From Bugula neritina (Eukaryota; Animalia; Bryozoa): a stretch of DNA of 64,000 bases. How positions within the stretch are numbered: position 1 is the stretch's first letter; each line of letters starts with the position of its first letter. Both the position numbers and the translations under genes were made by a program. Where the stretch lies: the NCBI GenBank assembly GCA_964035545.1, contig OZ037768.1:6914741-6978740 (forward strand), in the 5' to 3' direction. Of this stretch, positions 27,101 to 42,496 are shown piece by piece. The notes beneath the pieces are model-generated. The model did not search any database. It saw nothing but the letters and a program-made list of their open reading frames with translations, and was not told the origin of the DNA.

Positions 27101-30022
27101 GTTTAATGCGCTGGTTGAAATACTAGCGAGGACATAACTTTATTTCTTACATTTTCTATCTAGAACACAAGTTTTTCCATATTTCTCCATTATTGCACCT
27201 ACTACCTCTTAGGTGTACAATATAAAAAGTTTGATCAGTGATGATTTGCTTTCATTATCATATTATTTTTTATATTTTATTTAAATTATGCAATTATCTT
27301 ATTGTTTTCAAGTGTTCTTAATTTAACTGTTGAATTTTCTAGAAACCAGAGTTGGTCAAGACATTGACAACATCAAACTTTGAAAATGTTATGAAGAAAA
27401 GCTCTTTATTATTTGTAAAGTTTTATGCACCATGGTGAGTTGACTTACTTACAACTTAATTTAATTCATGACAAATATTAGCATATAATTTATGCAGCGA
27501 CTTTCATGACCAACTGCAATGCTGTAATCCTGAATGAACACTAAAAAGCAGGGTATAAAATGCTCCACTTTTGAAAATTTCCTTGATGTCTAAATATAAA
27601 ATGTAGTTAAAGACTTGTAGTGATGTATTGCAGTTCTATGGTAGGCTTACAATATACTACCTTCATCTGTCTGAGATATTTGGAGCAACTTTCCCCAAAT
27701 TGTAGCTTCTCACTTTTTTCAGACTGTTTTGGGACCAACTTGTTTCTTGCAATGTCTTGAGATTGCACTCAATACAGAACATGTTTCACATGTTCCCAAA
27801 ATGTTAGAAAAAGTAGGACCCTACATAGTTGTAGCTTACAGTCTGTATTTATTACAGGTTACATGCCTGTTTACATTACTAGTTTGAAGTTCCTCTATTG
27901 TCTGGTTTCCTATAATTAGTAGCAGCATGGTATGGAGGGAATAGTAGTGCCTATTCCCACTCATGCACAACTTTGGGGTAGATTTGCCAAAATTATTTAA
28001 ACTGCGACCATCCACAAACCTTCGCTGTTCCACTATGCCTCTGCAATAAATTTTATGTCATCTATTTGTAAAACCTGTAATATTCCAGAATTGCACTTGT
28101 CATCCCCTTTCCTTCAGTCTGTTGGGATTAGTCATCTTTCAAGCAACTGTATATTATGAATGTTCTTGTTAGCTTAAGTTATAAATAACCCCATACCAAG
28201 AGTAACTTCACTAAATTCTAATACTGGTTATTCATACTGGCTAAAATTTCAAGTTGCAGACCAAAAAATCTCACTTTAAATACATCATAAAAATTCAACA
28301 CTCATGCAAAACATACGTGAGTGGATCCGCTCTACTTTACAGTTGATATCTCAGAGAATCAACATTTATTATAGGTGTGGCCACTGCAAAACCCTTGCTC
28401 CAATCTGGACCAGCCTAGGCCATGAATATGCAGACCACGAAACTGTAGCCATTGCAAAAGTTGACTGTACCGAGAGTAGGGACACCTGCCAGTCTCAAAA
28501 TGTGAGTAATCAATTACAACATAATTTTTATAAACCCACATTATACTTGGGGCTTTACTTATGTTCACTCCTATTTTCACCAGGGTTGGGGTCAATTACA
28601 TGTAAATGTAATTAATTACAATTACAATTACATGAAGATTTGTCAATTACAATTACAATTATAATTACAGTTAAAAATAAATGTAATTAATTACAATTAC
28701 AATTACATGGCAATGTAATTAATTACAATTACAATTACTTTTGTTCTCGCAAGGAATAAATAGAAGTTACTTCTAGGGTCCAACTACCAGCGGCAATGGT
28801 GAACCTCTTTTGTTTTCTACAGTGATACTATTATGTCATTCCATACCAAATCAACCAACTTCCAAGGGGTCCCACATCTTTGTGTCTCAGATTTTGCTCA
28901 TATTTACACTAAATGGACCTACACATGTTCAGATTACCATTCGTGAATATTTCTGGCCTGACACAAAAATATTTTGAGAAATTACTACTTTGGTGAACAA
29001 AGGTTGGAAAATATTTTGAGGAAAATTTGTGATTTATACTTTTAGACCAATTTATATGTAATTCAAAATTTGATTAGGGGAGTATTTGAAATTTTTCAAA
29101 ATTTACAAAGATTTGTTCATATTCAATGACTTTGCATATATGCACACAAAGTATTCTGTAGTATGTGTTGCTACTAGTGCAAATTGATAGGTATTATCAA
29201 ATCACACAGCAAATTTTAAGGCTTGGTCTAGAAAATTGATCGAGATATAAACGTTTATAGATTAGTCTAAAAGTAGAAATCACAAATTTTTCTCAAAATG
29301 TTTCTCAACTTTTGTCCACAAAAGTAGTCAGTTCTCAAAAAAAATTTGTGTCAGGTCAGAAATACTGAAGAAGAGTACTTGAGACATGTGTAGGTCTATT
29401 TGGTGTAAACATGAACAAAATCTGAGACGAAAATGGACGCGGGCAATTCGGTGAGCTGGCATGGAATGACCCTACTATATTGACCTAACTATCTGAACTT
29501 GTTATTTAACAGCAGGCATTGTAGAAAAAAAAGGAGTTTTTTAAGATTTAAAAGTTTGAAGTAATTGACATGTAATTATAAAGTAATTGTAAAAATCAAT
29601 TACATTAGATATGTAATTAATTACAATTACAATTACATTTTTAAACCTCAATTACAAATTACATTCAGTTACTTGAAAAAATGTAATTAATTACAGCCAA
29701 TTACAATTACAAATTACAATTACCCCAACCCTGATTTTCACAAACCCATAACCTTATACTTTTACTGGATTTCGTTACCATCTCTATTTGCAGAAGGAAT
29801 GCAACTTTGATTTTGGTCATCCTGTGTTCAACCCATCGTCGGTTGATGAAAGCTAGAATTTTGCAAATTTGAACTAAGTTGCTTATTATTTTGTAGATTG
29901 AGGGGTATCCCACTTTAAAATTATATCAGCATGGTAAATATATCGCAGAATACAGGGGTGAAAGAACTTTACTTGCACTAAAGAAATTCATAAACGGTTA
30001 TCTAGGTAAAGATGAATTGTGA
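24113..30022 (+). CDS. TXNDC5: TXNDC5/ERp46-like protein disulfide isomerase
   Basis: Signal-peptide-like N-terminus, three thioredoxin domains (WCGHC, WCEHC, WCGHC) and C-terminal KDEL. Approximate exons: 24113-24286, 24380-24464, 25823-25881, 26010-26130, 26288-26488, 26815-27030, 27343-27434, 28375-28501, 29897-30022. Confidence 0.85.
28581..29733. mobile_element. hAT-type non-autonomous element in a TXNDC5 intron
   Basis: TIR cagggttggggt / accccaaccctg, 8-bp TSD ATTTTCAC (28573-28580 and 29734-29741), and subterminal (aattac)n arrays. Confidence 0.9.
28835..29472. mobile_element. MITE with long diverged inverted arms, inside the hAT element
   Basis: Termini gtcattccat / atggaatgac(cc), with diverged inverted arms of about 220 bp. 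TSD is not clean. Confidence 0.65.
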
Positions 30023-30159
30023 TTATACCAGTTTGAATGTAGAGCACTATCAGAAACTTCACACTTGCAAAATTTACAATCAATTTTAACTCAGCAGTTC
30101 AGGTTGTACAATACTTTATTTTCAAAATACAGCTGTACAGAGAATTTCAGGGTGTTTTA

Positions 30160-31657
<1,498 letters not shown>

Positions 31658-31863
31658 TATTGCAGTGCTTCAGGTCAAGTTTCTGGCAAGGTTCTTCTTG
31701 CATCAGCTGCACTTAGCTTGAATAACTAAAATTCAAATACAGGTAAGTTAAGTCAGCTTATATTCAACAATTATTCAAGAGATATCACTGATAAATCTGA
31801 ACAAAATGAATTTAGCTAATGGGACCACTACTATACTCGACGTACCTCCACCACGTTGATGTT

Positions 31864-31873
31864 AAAAAGGAAG
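31864..31873 (-). promoter_or_regulatory. TCT initiator / 5'TOP tract of RPL30
   Basis: CTTCCTTTTT begins a 28-nt non-coding first exon ending at the donor gag|gtacgt (31846). Confidence 0.75.
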
Positions 31874-32826
31874 CAATATGTCCCACAATGCATGAACGAA
31901 GACTGAACAATTTTATTTTAGTGATCCGAATTTTCGCTATGTATAACGATTGTAAAGACATCGTAAAATTTGACATTATTGTTCACAAGCCATCAAAGAG
32001 TTATCCTCCCATTTCATATATATACGTATGCAATGAACTCAATAATTATTAACTATTCCAGCTCAGTGTACGTATGACTCAAGTGATCTAGAAAGGGCCA
32101 TTGCTATATAGATAATATTATACTTAGAAAATCCGTTTGGTGTGTGATTCTAACATTCTAAAGTGATTTGTAATTTAAATCCTTATTTTATATGATTTTT
32201 ATAGAAACTAATTCAGCAACAGTTATTTGGCACACGTTGACAAATTAAATCAGAAAGTTTTAGTTTAAATTTGTTTTCTAAGCTCTATCACTCTCAACAT
32301 AATATACTATATAGTACTGTTGTGTATAAAAATTTGGCATTGTCAATATTGTATTAGAGTATTTGGGTTTGGAGTTATGAAAATTAAATTAAATGTGTTG
32401 AAACATGAGTAGATGCATTGGATTGAGACACTTATAAAATCGGCCAAATTATAGTACACAGTTGCAGAATTTGCAAGAGACGTTTATGTGTGCAACTTAA
32501 AAGGTTGTATTCCATAATATATCAGAATATATTATTAGTATAGAAACTAACATAATTTGTATGTCTTTGAGGTCAAGATATTTACATGTTGTAGTAAGAG
32601 TAATATTGTGAAACTTAAACAGTCTGCCATAATGGCAATATTTTGTAGATTTTATACAATACACAATATAGACTACAGGTGAAATTACATTTTCGCAAAG
32701 CATAAGAGTCTGGTAATTATTTATATATACATTAGTTAACAAGAACTTGTTGTGTCAATACCCACACTATGCTGCAAAACTGTGCTATACATTTGATACA
32801 ATAACCCACATCTACTTAAAACGACA

Positions 32827-35810
32827 TCATTTTGACCAAATGCATACAAGATTATTATCAGTGCAGGCAACAAGGTACTTCATGTCGGGACTCAGCTGTG
32901 CATGATTGATTAAAGGTGGGGTGTCAATCTTCTTGAGTCTTTTGTTTATAGGATCACTGGTATCTGGTTTGAGTGAGGGCCACAACAGAGTGCAACGTGC
33001 AGTTTCTGTATCTCCATATGCAGACTTATCTACAACATGAGCATGCAAGATACTTGAAGATAGTAATCTTTACAAAGCATAAAAATACTCATTATAACAG
33101 CTGTGTGTATATACTATATATGTATTACTGATTGATATGATATTTCAAGGGTGGAAAATATAAAACTCTTCTCGAATATACAAGAAACTTCAGCTATAGA
33201 AACAGAGAACAGTTAAAATAGATAAATGCTCGAGTTCTCACTACTGTTTTGGGGGAGTTGTCTACCTCATATTTCATATCTCAAATCAAGTATTAGGCTC
33301 ATAGCTAAAATATGTTCTTGAGTTTTGTTCCTGCATTTTAATATACAAACAAGCAGAGGCTATTATTACTTCTAATTAACCAAAAGTCACGTGATACTGC
33401 TGTCTACATCCATATAAACTGGTAGACTTTTAAGCAGCACACTCTGATAAACATAACTTAGTAGCTTAAAAATAGATATTCTTGAAAATTTGAGGAAAAT
33501 TCTTGGTATGAGGTAAATAACTATTGTTTGATGCTCTAGGAGAGCCTTGATATATACATAGATATAAAATGAGTAACAGTTATGTACCAATAGTACTCAA
33601 AGAGACTACCTGCTTTTAAACATATGTGAGATAACATTTGTAAATGTGCTTGAACTCGACTTACTCTTTAAAAATTCTCCAATAGAATAAAGAAGTATGT
33701 TGCCTTTGTGATCACCGGCAACAAGAAGGCCATCCCTGCAAGCAATAGACAAAAGCTTTTATAAATATAAATAAATATACTAGATATGCTGTCGGAATAA
33801 AAACTAACAAAACTAAGTAATTGAACAAACGCAGATAATTTTTAAAATGTAAACATAATGCAAACAACAAAATTTTAATGCATTCGTATACGTTGTATAC
33901 AATTTCAAGTTACGTATTTGAAATGAGTAAATAAGGTAAATACGCACCTGGATGTAATGTCTATATAGATCTCTGAGGTCTTGACCCACGGCAAGATAAG
34001 ATCTGGTTTGATGTTGATAACAGGCGTGAGCTTCTTACTAAGAACACTCAAACTCCTAAAAGAGTTGCAGCCAAATACATTTTAATATCAAGTGGAGTTG
34101 CTTTATTATTTTAATTCTCATATTTGATGTTGATTATTATATTCTTAGAACAAAAATCTTAAAGAAATTAATTTTACCACAACTTAACTATGCCACCATT
34201 GTTTCATTACTACATACCAGTAACGTACTGTTTCACCAACATAGAGGACATGACAAAACTGTTAAAGGATTTACATGACAATCTAACAAACTTATAAAAA
34301 ATATGATTAGAGTTTTACCATAAAAATATTGAAGCACTTTTGGAAAACTTGACTGCTACTGTAGAATCATCAAGTAATGAAATACCATCACAGTAGTTGT
34401 CAGCCGAACTTGATCCTTACAAAAAACAAGAAATGCTTATAAGTCATCAATGGGATGCCGTAATAGAATCTATTCACACAGTAATTGGCAAATCATTGTA
34501 CTGCCTATTATTAGAACACATTCACACTTTGAGAAACAGCTACAGGAAAGACAAATTTTTATACCTGCTTCCAGATAAAAATGTGAAAATACCTGGAAAA
34601 ACAAGCTGACAATCATGGGGTTGGTCCTCCCTATCTTTATGTACATTCTTCATTTTCCAAACATAGCATCCTTTTTGAGCAGCGGAGATTAGGAAGTTGT
34701 CTTTGCATACCATTTGAATGATATCAGTGCCAGTACAGTGGAACTAAAAACATGCTTATAATTAACTAAAGCTGAAAAAAAAACATATAAAAAAACTACA
34801 TCAAGTCAAAAAAATGTTCCAAAAAGCAAAAGCAGACTCACCAATTTAACTTTTTGCCAGGAAATTTCATAGTTTGATGAACCTGTCAGCCCTGTATCTA
34901 TAAGAGCTATTTTTCCATGATCAGCACCGCAAAATAGCCAATTGGGATTTGCTGGATGCAAACGCAAGCAGCTGATGTAAGCCTTCTTGAACACAGGCAG
35001 ATGAGCAAACATCTTATTTTTAGAAGGATGAATCAATGTAACTCGGCCCTCGGCACCTATTCATTTATATAATGTTACTAGTTGCATCTTGGTGTTACTC
35101 TATGATGTAAAACCCACAGAGCTATTACTAGTTTACTTATGCATGAACCAGAAACAAAATTTGCTATCCTAGTTTTAACAAATGTAGCTAGAAAACTTGA
35201 TTTACAATTTAACTAGAGACAAATTGCATTTAAACTACATGACCAGGGTGTGTATGATTATAGTTAATGAAATGCTTTCCTACCTGCAGCTGCCAGAACA
35301 TTAGTATTGACTTTATCTGCAAACTGAACTGTACACCAGAGTACATCAAAATACTGATCCTCATGCTGCAGGAGCTTTGCTTTGCATTCACCTTTGTGAG
35401 TGTCAATTAAACAAATATATGAACCACCACAAGTGGCTACAATTCCTGTCCATTTCTCATTGTCATCTACATCTGGCTCAAATGCACAGCGCCATATCTG
35501 AAAACAAGGAAGAAAATGTACTTAGTTATGATAAATCTATTTTTATTATAAAATGTTGTAGCAAAACAAGACTTGATTCTGCTAAACGATTGGAAGTTTA
35601 AATCATTGTTAAATATAATGGGTGAAAATTTAAAATGATTTCACATTATCACTTAATGGCTCAATCAGATTGAAGAAAGAGCACCACGCTAACCTTAGTT
35701 GCACCGTCAGCAGGATCATCATTGTGACTATGGCATCTCATAAACTGGTGAGCTGGCTTATACTGAAATTCTGGATATTCATCTTTACTAAGAATCTTTG
35801 GAGGAGGCAT
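32827..35810 (-). CDS. LRWD1/ORCA-like WD40 protein lacking leucine-rich repeats
   Basis: Spliced peptides FMRCHSHNDDPAD...IWRCAFEP...VATCGG...VLAAAG...ISCLRLHP and C-terminal YLVACTDNNLVCIWSK resemble the LRWD1 WD40 region. Internal exons were only partly resolved. Confidence 0.72.
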
Positions 35811-37455
35811 ATTTTTAAACTAATTAAAATCTTCTGCCACCTAGAAAGATTCAGTATTATAAACTCTTACTTTTAGGAAAACAACATTGTATATATCATG
35901 ATAGAATCTAGAGCAAGTACCACGTTAAATAATTTAAAGAGATGGTCATAATGATAATGATATCATTTCGTTTATGACTTTTGTCATCTAAAATTCATTA
36001 CTTATACAGTTTATAGTTTTATACTAACACGTGACCTATGATTAGTTTTAGCAAAGTTAGAAATCTATATGACCAACACATACTAATAGCAATACTTCAA
36101 CTACAACTGCGTTGTGATGATTAATAATTTTAAAGCATTGTAATATCCTATCATATGAATATGAAATGTTGAAAGCTACTAACATAGTAACAGGACATTC
36201 ATTATTGATCATTATTAATATTAACTCAGCATGTCACCAGAGAAATGGCTGCTGAATCATTATCAAATAGAAAACTAGAAATTATAACGTCGAGTCCATA
36301 TGCAGGTAGTGGACCAGGACGTGGTAAACTATAAGTATAACTACTACAACTACAAGTACAAGTGCATCTTAATATTCGTATTGATCTAATAATAAAAAAT
36401 TAATAAGTCTAATAATAATAATGGCTATAACATTAACTATAACTATAAAGAATAACAATTGATTTATATTTTTTTTATAATAATAAAAAATATGTATATT
36501 ATAAAATTATTATTAAATGCTTATGTATCAATATGAATATGAATATGGGCTCAAAATTTAAAATAAATTACAATTACTATAACTAAACTATAAGTATAAG
36601 TATTACACATTAGCATAAGTAATAGTATTAATAAATGTGATTACAAAGTCAAATCACAATGACAAATGTGAATGTTCAAACTCAAAAGCAAATTGAAATT
36701 GAAATGATTAATTAATAAATTATGTTTACTGAAACAGTGAAACTGAAACTGGAAGTGAATGTTTAGTAATGCTGCAAGTACAAGTATGGAGTACAACGTA
36801 TCCGTATCGGTATTACTATTAGTATTAGTATTACATTAAATTTAATGAAAGTCCTGATAAAACGAATAAGTAAATTAAAAAACCCGCAGCAAGGTGAGAT
36901 TGACTGATAATCATTATGATTAAGATTATCATAATCATAACAACTAATAGTAATACTAATACTAATACTAATAGTGAACTAAGTCTAATGAGTAATGTCC
37001 ATTCGCGGTAATCAGTCAGGAAAAGTTGGAATTGTCTATCGGTCTTACATTGTTTGCGATTGTTGATTGGATAAAGCTTACACTCGCTGAAATCTAGTTA
37101 CAACTCCGCTAGTTCATTTGCGAAAGAATAATTACTATACTGAGAAAATAGAATGCTGCGCGTATTGAAATAGAATATAAATTTTCTAGTTCTCTGGGCT
37201 TGGCGAAAGCTTAGCAACTGTGTAATGAGTTATAGTTGAGCGCTGCCCCCAACCAAATGGCTTTCGAGTAAAGAGTTTTGGCTAAATTGGCGACGGATTT
37301 ACCACACTTGGTAATGTTAATAATAATCATCATAATCATAATGGTGGGAATAGGTGCAACTGAACAGTGAATGACAGCTTGAACTGTGTTACCTATTTTC
37401 ATTTTCATTCTGTGTCATTAATTTACTCATTGCTGGACGGTATTTGATATTTAAG

Positions 37456-40400
37456 ATGCCTCCGAAGGAAAGAAAAATTGCTGTTATGGGATTTCGATCA
37501 GTGGGTAAGCTCAGCCTCACGCTGCAATATGAATTGAATATCAATATGAATATGAATATGAAAATCAAATTCAATATCATTATATTTATTCAAAATCCAA
37601 GTGAAATTCGATCTCAGGTTCCCCTCACGCATCACATTCTCAGATTCTGATTCACTAAGAGAGTGGGTGCGACTATGACTCAGTATCACATTTGCTATGA
37701 GTATGAGTATGACTATCAGTATCACTATGATACTGCTATGACTATCAGTATGGGTATCACCACAAGTTTATTTAAGTGAAAATTTAATCATTAATTTTAA
37801 ATTTAAACACTCACTGTTTAAAATTAACGATTAATTTTAAAATGGAAGTGGAACATCAAATTGAAAATCAGCATAAATTTATAAATCATTATGATTATGA
37901 TTATCATTATGATCATTATGATAATGATTAAGCATATTGTATACTGATTGTATACTCATTAGTCATTAGTATTAGATTTACTTTTAGTGTCACTACTCAT
38001 TACATTTACTAATAGTGATAGTTATAGTGATTAATTTACTCATTAGACTTAGACTTATAGTTATAGTTAGTCATTGCTCATTAGTTATCTATACCATTAA
38101 ATGATTAGACTAAAAACTGAAATAATAACACTGTTCTGATTTAATGGTTCTTGACTTTTCTCAAGTTTTATATTTTTTGACCCACAAGAAACTAAGTCTA
38201 GAGGTAAGTTTGAAAGTCTTGCATTGTTAGCAACACTTTTTTTCTCACATCAGGGCATTTTCAGACATTAGAAACAATTGCTTTATCTAGGGGAAATTGG
38301 AATAATTCTCAACCTTGCTCTAGGATTGAACTAAGACTCATGGTGATAATACATCAGCCATTTGGTGCAAATAACTTTATGATTTTATTTTGTACAGGTA
38401 AATCCTCTCTCACTATCCAGTTTGTTGAAGGAATGTTTGTCGACTCCTACGACCCAACCATTGAAGACAGTATGTATGCAACACCAGTCTCTAAATACCA
38501 ATATTTTAGCATATCTTTCTGCAAGATCAGTATGCCGAGATATTTTTTGAATTATGTTTCAGCATTTGTAACAGAGTTCACGTCAGCTCGTGGGCAAGTA
38601 TATAAACTACATGTGATAGACACTGCTGGTCAGGTAAGTCCTGTTTCCTGTCTTGACCTAGCACAGATAGTATATGTCCACACATAATATATGTCCATTA
38701 AAGGATGCTATAAGCTAGTATTTGGCTGGATTTTTCGATACATGAATTGCACTGAATTTTTAATGTTATGTTACTAGATGACAATTTATAGTACTATATT
38801 GTATTATTTTAGCTCATAGTAGCACAAGTTTTTTTTATTCCCTTGTTAAAAAATTTTTAGATTATATTTAAATAGTTTACATTTATGCAATTAGTGTTGT
38901 TGGTTTAGGATGAATACTCATTGTTTCCCCAGAATTATGCAATGAACATAAGTGGCTATGTGTTGGTATTTTCTGTCAACTCCAGAAAGAGGTTAGTATT
39001 ACTGAAAGTAAGTCTAGCTGCATATTATCATGTAATTTCATGTTGTATTTTATACTTGATGTGTTTGAAAACTTTATCAGTGCATACTTTAGAGGTATCA
39101 ATCATAATACGTGTATTATAAATCAATTGTGGAATTGAATGGTTTTGTTACATAAATATATACATAAACCTGTTCAATGCTTATTTCTTAAAATATATTT
39201 TACAAAAGTAACTTATTTACATATTTAAGTTATAAATTAAATATAAGTTAAAAATAACATGAAGCATCATTCAAACTGGTGCACATGACAATTTTTTCGA
39301 GTCTGACTAATAATATAGACTATACAGGCTACAGTTTAATTATGTATGGGTTGACAAGGAATTTCTAGATCTATAGGAAAATATCCTGGTAGATGAGAAG
39401 TTTGTGTTGTGAAATTACGTATGCCGTACACGTTCATCCACACGTACATGTTTATCCACATGCTACCAGTACTTCTCTCACTACTTTTCTATAATATTCT
39501 TATTCTCAACTTTTATTCGGTTAGGCAGCATCATCTCAAAAAGTTAATTAGAAACTGTAAATGTTAATAAAATTTTAGATGCTTTTTATCCTATGTCTTA
39601 TTAGTGCATATGTTATGCTGATGAAAATGCATAGCTTTATACATTTTCTACTTTTGTTTCAGTTTTGACATTGTCCAAGTGATTCATGATAAAATATTAG
39701 ATCAAACAGGCAAACATGAGTAAGTTCATTATTTACATATTGTTGACTTTAGATTGATGTACTCACTCACAATTTATATATGCAATTATAGAGATTTTAA
39801 CTTTTCAAGCATTTTAAATAACTGTATGTATGTTTATTACATTTTTCTCAAGAAAACTATTACATTTACAAAGTTATAAAAGCAAGATTGTACTGTTAGA
39901 TGTCTTCTACAGGGTGCCATGTGTTATTGTTGGAAACAAGGCAGATCTTAGGATGGAAAGGTGAGCGAAAACGAAAAATGCAGCTATTTGTAAATTTCTA
40001 GATATGAATCCTGATTGACTGTATGGCTAAATTTAAGTCGCTTGAAGTTAAACTAAATCATTCATTGCTTCACATTATTAGACTGCCTTCTATTCTCTTG
40101 AAATCTAAAATCAAATGTGGTCAGGTTAATAGTTGCGTTATAATAATGTGGTTTTGTAGAGTGGTTAGTGTTGAACAGGGTAAAGCTTTGGCAGATAAAT
40201 GGGGTGCTAAGTATGTGGATGCATCTGCTAAAGAAAATCAGGTAGCTTGTCATTTAATTAGTGATGTAATGTAATTATGGAGCTTGCCGGCTATGAAAAT
40301 TATTTATGAATGTCTTTAAATATGTCTTGTAATTTCCAATCACTGAGTATAGTGACTTGTATTTATGCAGTATGTCAAGGACGTCTTTGAAGGGATCATA

Positions 40401-40457
40401 CAACAAATAGAGAAAGCAGAAGGTGGCACAACTGAAAAAAGTTGTGTAGTATCATAG
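37456..40457 (+). CDS. RHEB: GTP-binding protein Rheb
   Basis: Eight exons. P-loop GFRSVGKS has the Rheb-diagnostic Arg. Also YDPTIEDT, DTAGQDEYS, VGNKADL, SAKENQ and CAAX CVVS. Confidence 0.93.
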
Positions 40458-41809
40458 TGAAAACTTGAAGATCATACATTACTGTCTATTAATATTGTTT
40501 CATCAGTGTAGTAATTACATTTTTCTTATGTAATTTATTTTTGCATTTGAATAGTTTGCTATCTAAATTTTATATGCTTAATAATATAGTTACGAACTTT
40601 TCCATTGCAACTTGCAGATTATCTAAAAGCAATTCAAGTATGTAAACTTATTTATATAAACTATCAATGCTGTTTACATTTGAAAAATCTTTTGTAAATA
40701 TGTACGTTTTGGAATTTTTTTAGCCAAATCCTGATAACTGTTTTATATTTTTCAACAGTGTATGTTGTTTGTTTGAGTTTTAATGTGTCCTTGTAAATTT
40801 TGTTACTACTCACAAAATAGTGCTTAGGGTTCACTCTTCAATCAGTGACACTAATGCTGATTGGTCAAGTGAGATTTATATAACAGAATATGGGTAATCA
40901 TTACTTAGCTAGCTTTTCAAACAATATATTATAGTATCTATGTTTATAAAAAAGACTTTGGGTCTGTCTTCACTTTAAGATCCATAGCTACTAATTTGGG
41001 ATAAAACAGTACTATGATTTGACCTTTCAAGGACACGAAAATATCAGCAGTTATGAGATTATCCACAATGTGCTATTAGGGCTTTAATAGGTTGCTTTTA
41101 AAAAGTTTTTCAATAGTTTATTCCAATGAAAGACTTTGTAGAGTATAAAGCAACTTCTGAGAATATGTCTCCTAAATAAACAAATAAAGGTATTTTTTCA
41201 AGTAGAAGACATGCTAGTTATTTTAAAGTCCTTATTACACTACAGAAACATTTTTCAATGAAGTTGAGTTTTCTCCTATGTTGCTCACAACTCATTAGTG
41301 TAGCACGTAGCTCCATGGTAATGAAATAGTCTGGGCAAAAACCATACCAATATAATTGTATTTAAGCTATCATAATTTCTCAATGATGATACAATAGGAG
41401 ATGTACTTCAAATTATAAATCCATAATTTATAAACTAAAATGTTGCCCAAATAACAGGTTAAATTTATTGGAATTATCTTGATAAAACGGGCTACTCTAT
41501 ACTAAATGCAAAGAAAACAACTCCAAGTTGAATTTTTAAAGTTTGCGTAGAGAATTTCAGCTATATTCAAGTTCTGAGGTTGAGGATTTTCGATGGTATT
41601 TTGGTCATTTCTAATTTGCATGCAGCATTCTGATATTGTTTTGTTGCTATTGTACTAACAGTAACTCTAACTGTGAGTGCAGGCCAAATATAAATTATTA
41701 GTTGAGATAATAGTCATGGTATCAATTATAGTTTTAGTGCAATGCAAATATATTTCATCACCAAGTCCAAACCACACTTTGCAGTTTGCTATTTTATAAT
41801 TTAATTTTA

Positions 41810-42250
41810 TACTTATAGTTATTGTTAATAACTAATAGTAATACTAATAGTAATACTAATACTAATAGTAATAGTAATACTAATAGTATAACTAAGTTAT
41901 ACTATTAGTATTACTATTACTATTAGTATTACTATTAGTATTACTATTAGTATTAGTATTACTATTACTATTAGTATTAGTATTAGTATTACTGTTAAGT
42001 GTTAGTGTTATACTTATATTTATACTTTTAGTTATACTTATACTTATACTAGTAGCAATACTTATAGTTATATTGTTAGATTTATACTTATAGTCTATTA
42101 GTAATTACTAATATATTAATTAGTATTAATATTAATATTATTATTACTGTAAGTGTATTACTATTACTATTACTATTAGTATTTATTAGTATTAGAATTA
42201 TTATAAAATAATATATAATTATTGTTACTAAGTCTAATGACTGCTTATAC
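41810..42250. repeat. Degenerate (tagtat/tactaa)n simple repeat with an internal palindrome
   Basis: Hexamer-periodic AT-rich tract whose orientation flips at 41894. Confidence 0.8.
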
Positions 42251-42496
42251 TTATAGTTATTGTCAAAACATTCTGCTATACTTAGTCTTATGTCATGATT
42301 TGCTTGCGCTCTGTCGGTTATATCTTAGATACAATTTGTCTTAGAAAATTTTGATCTTCTCTGGTTCTCCTATGATTACATACATGATACTCATAGGTCA
42401 TGTATAGTATTACTATTAGTATGGAGACCTAGGCCACATCAGATAAATAAATTCAAAGATAATTGTAACCTAGTTTGCTATTTTAGATATGTGAGC

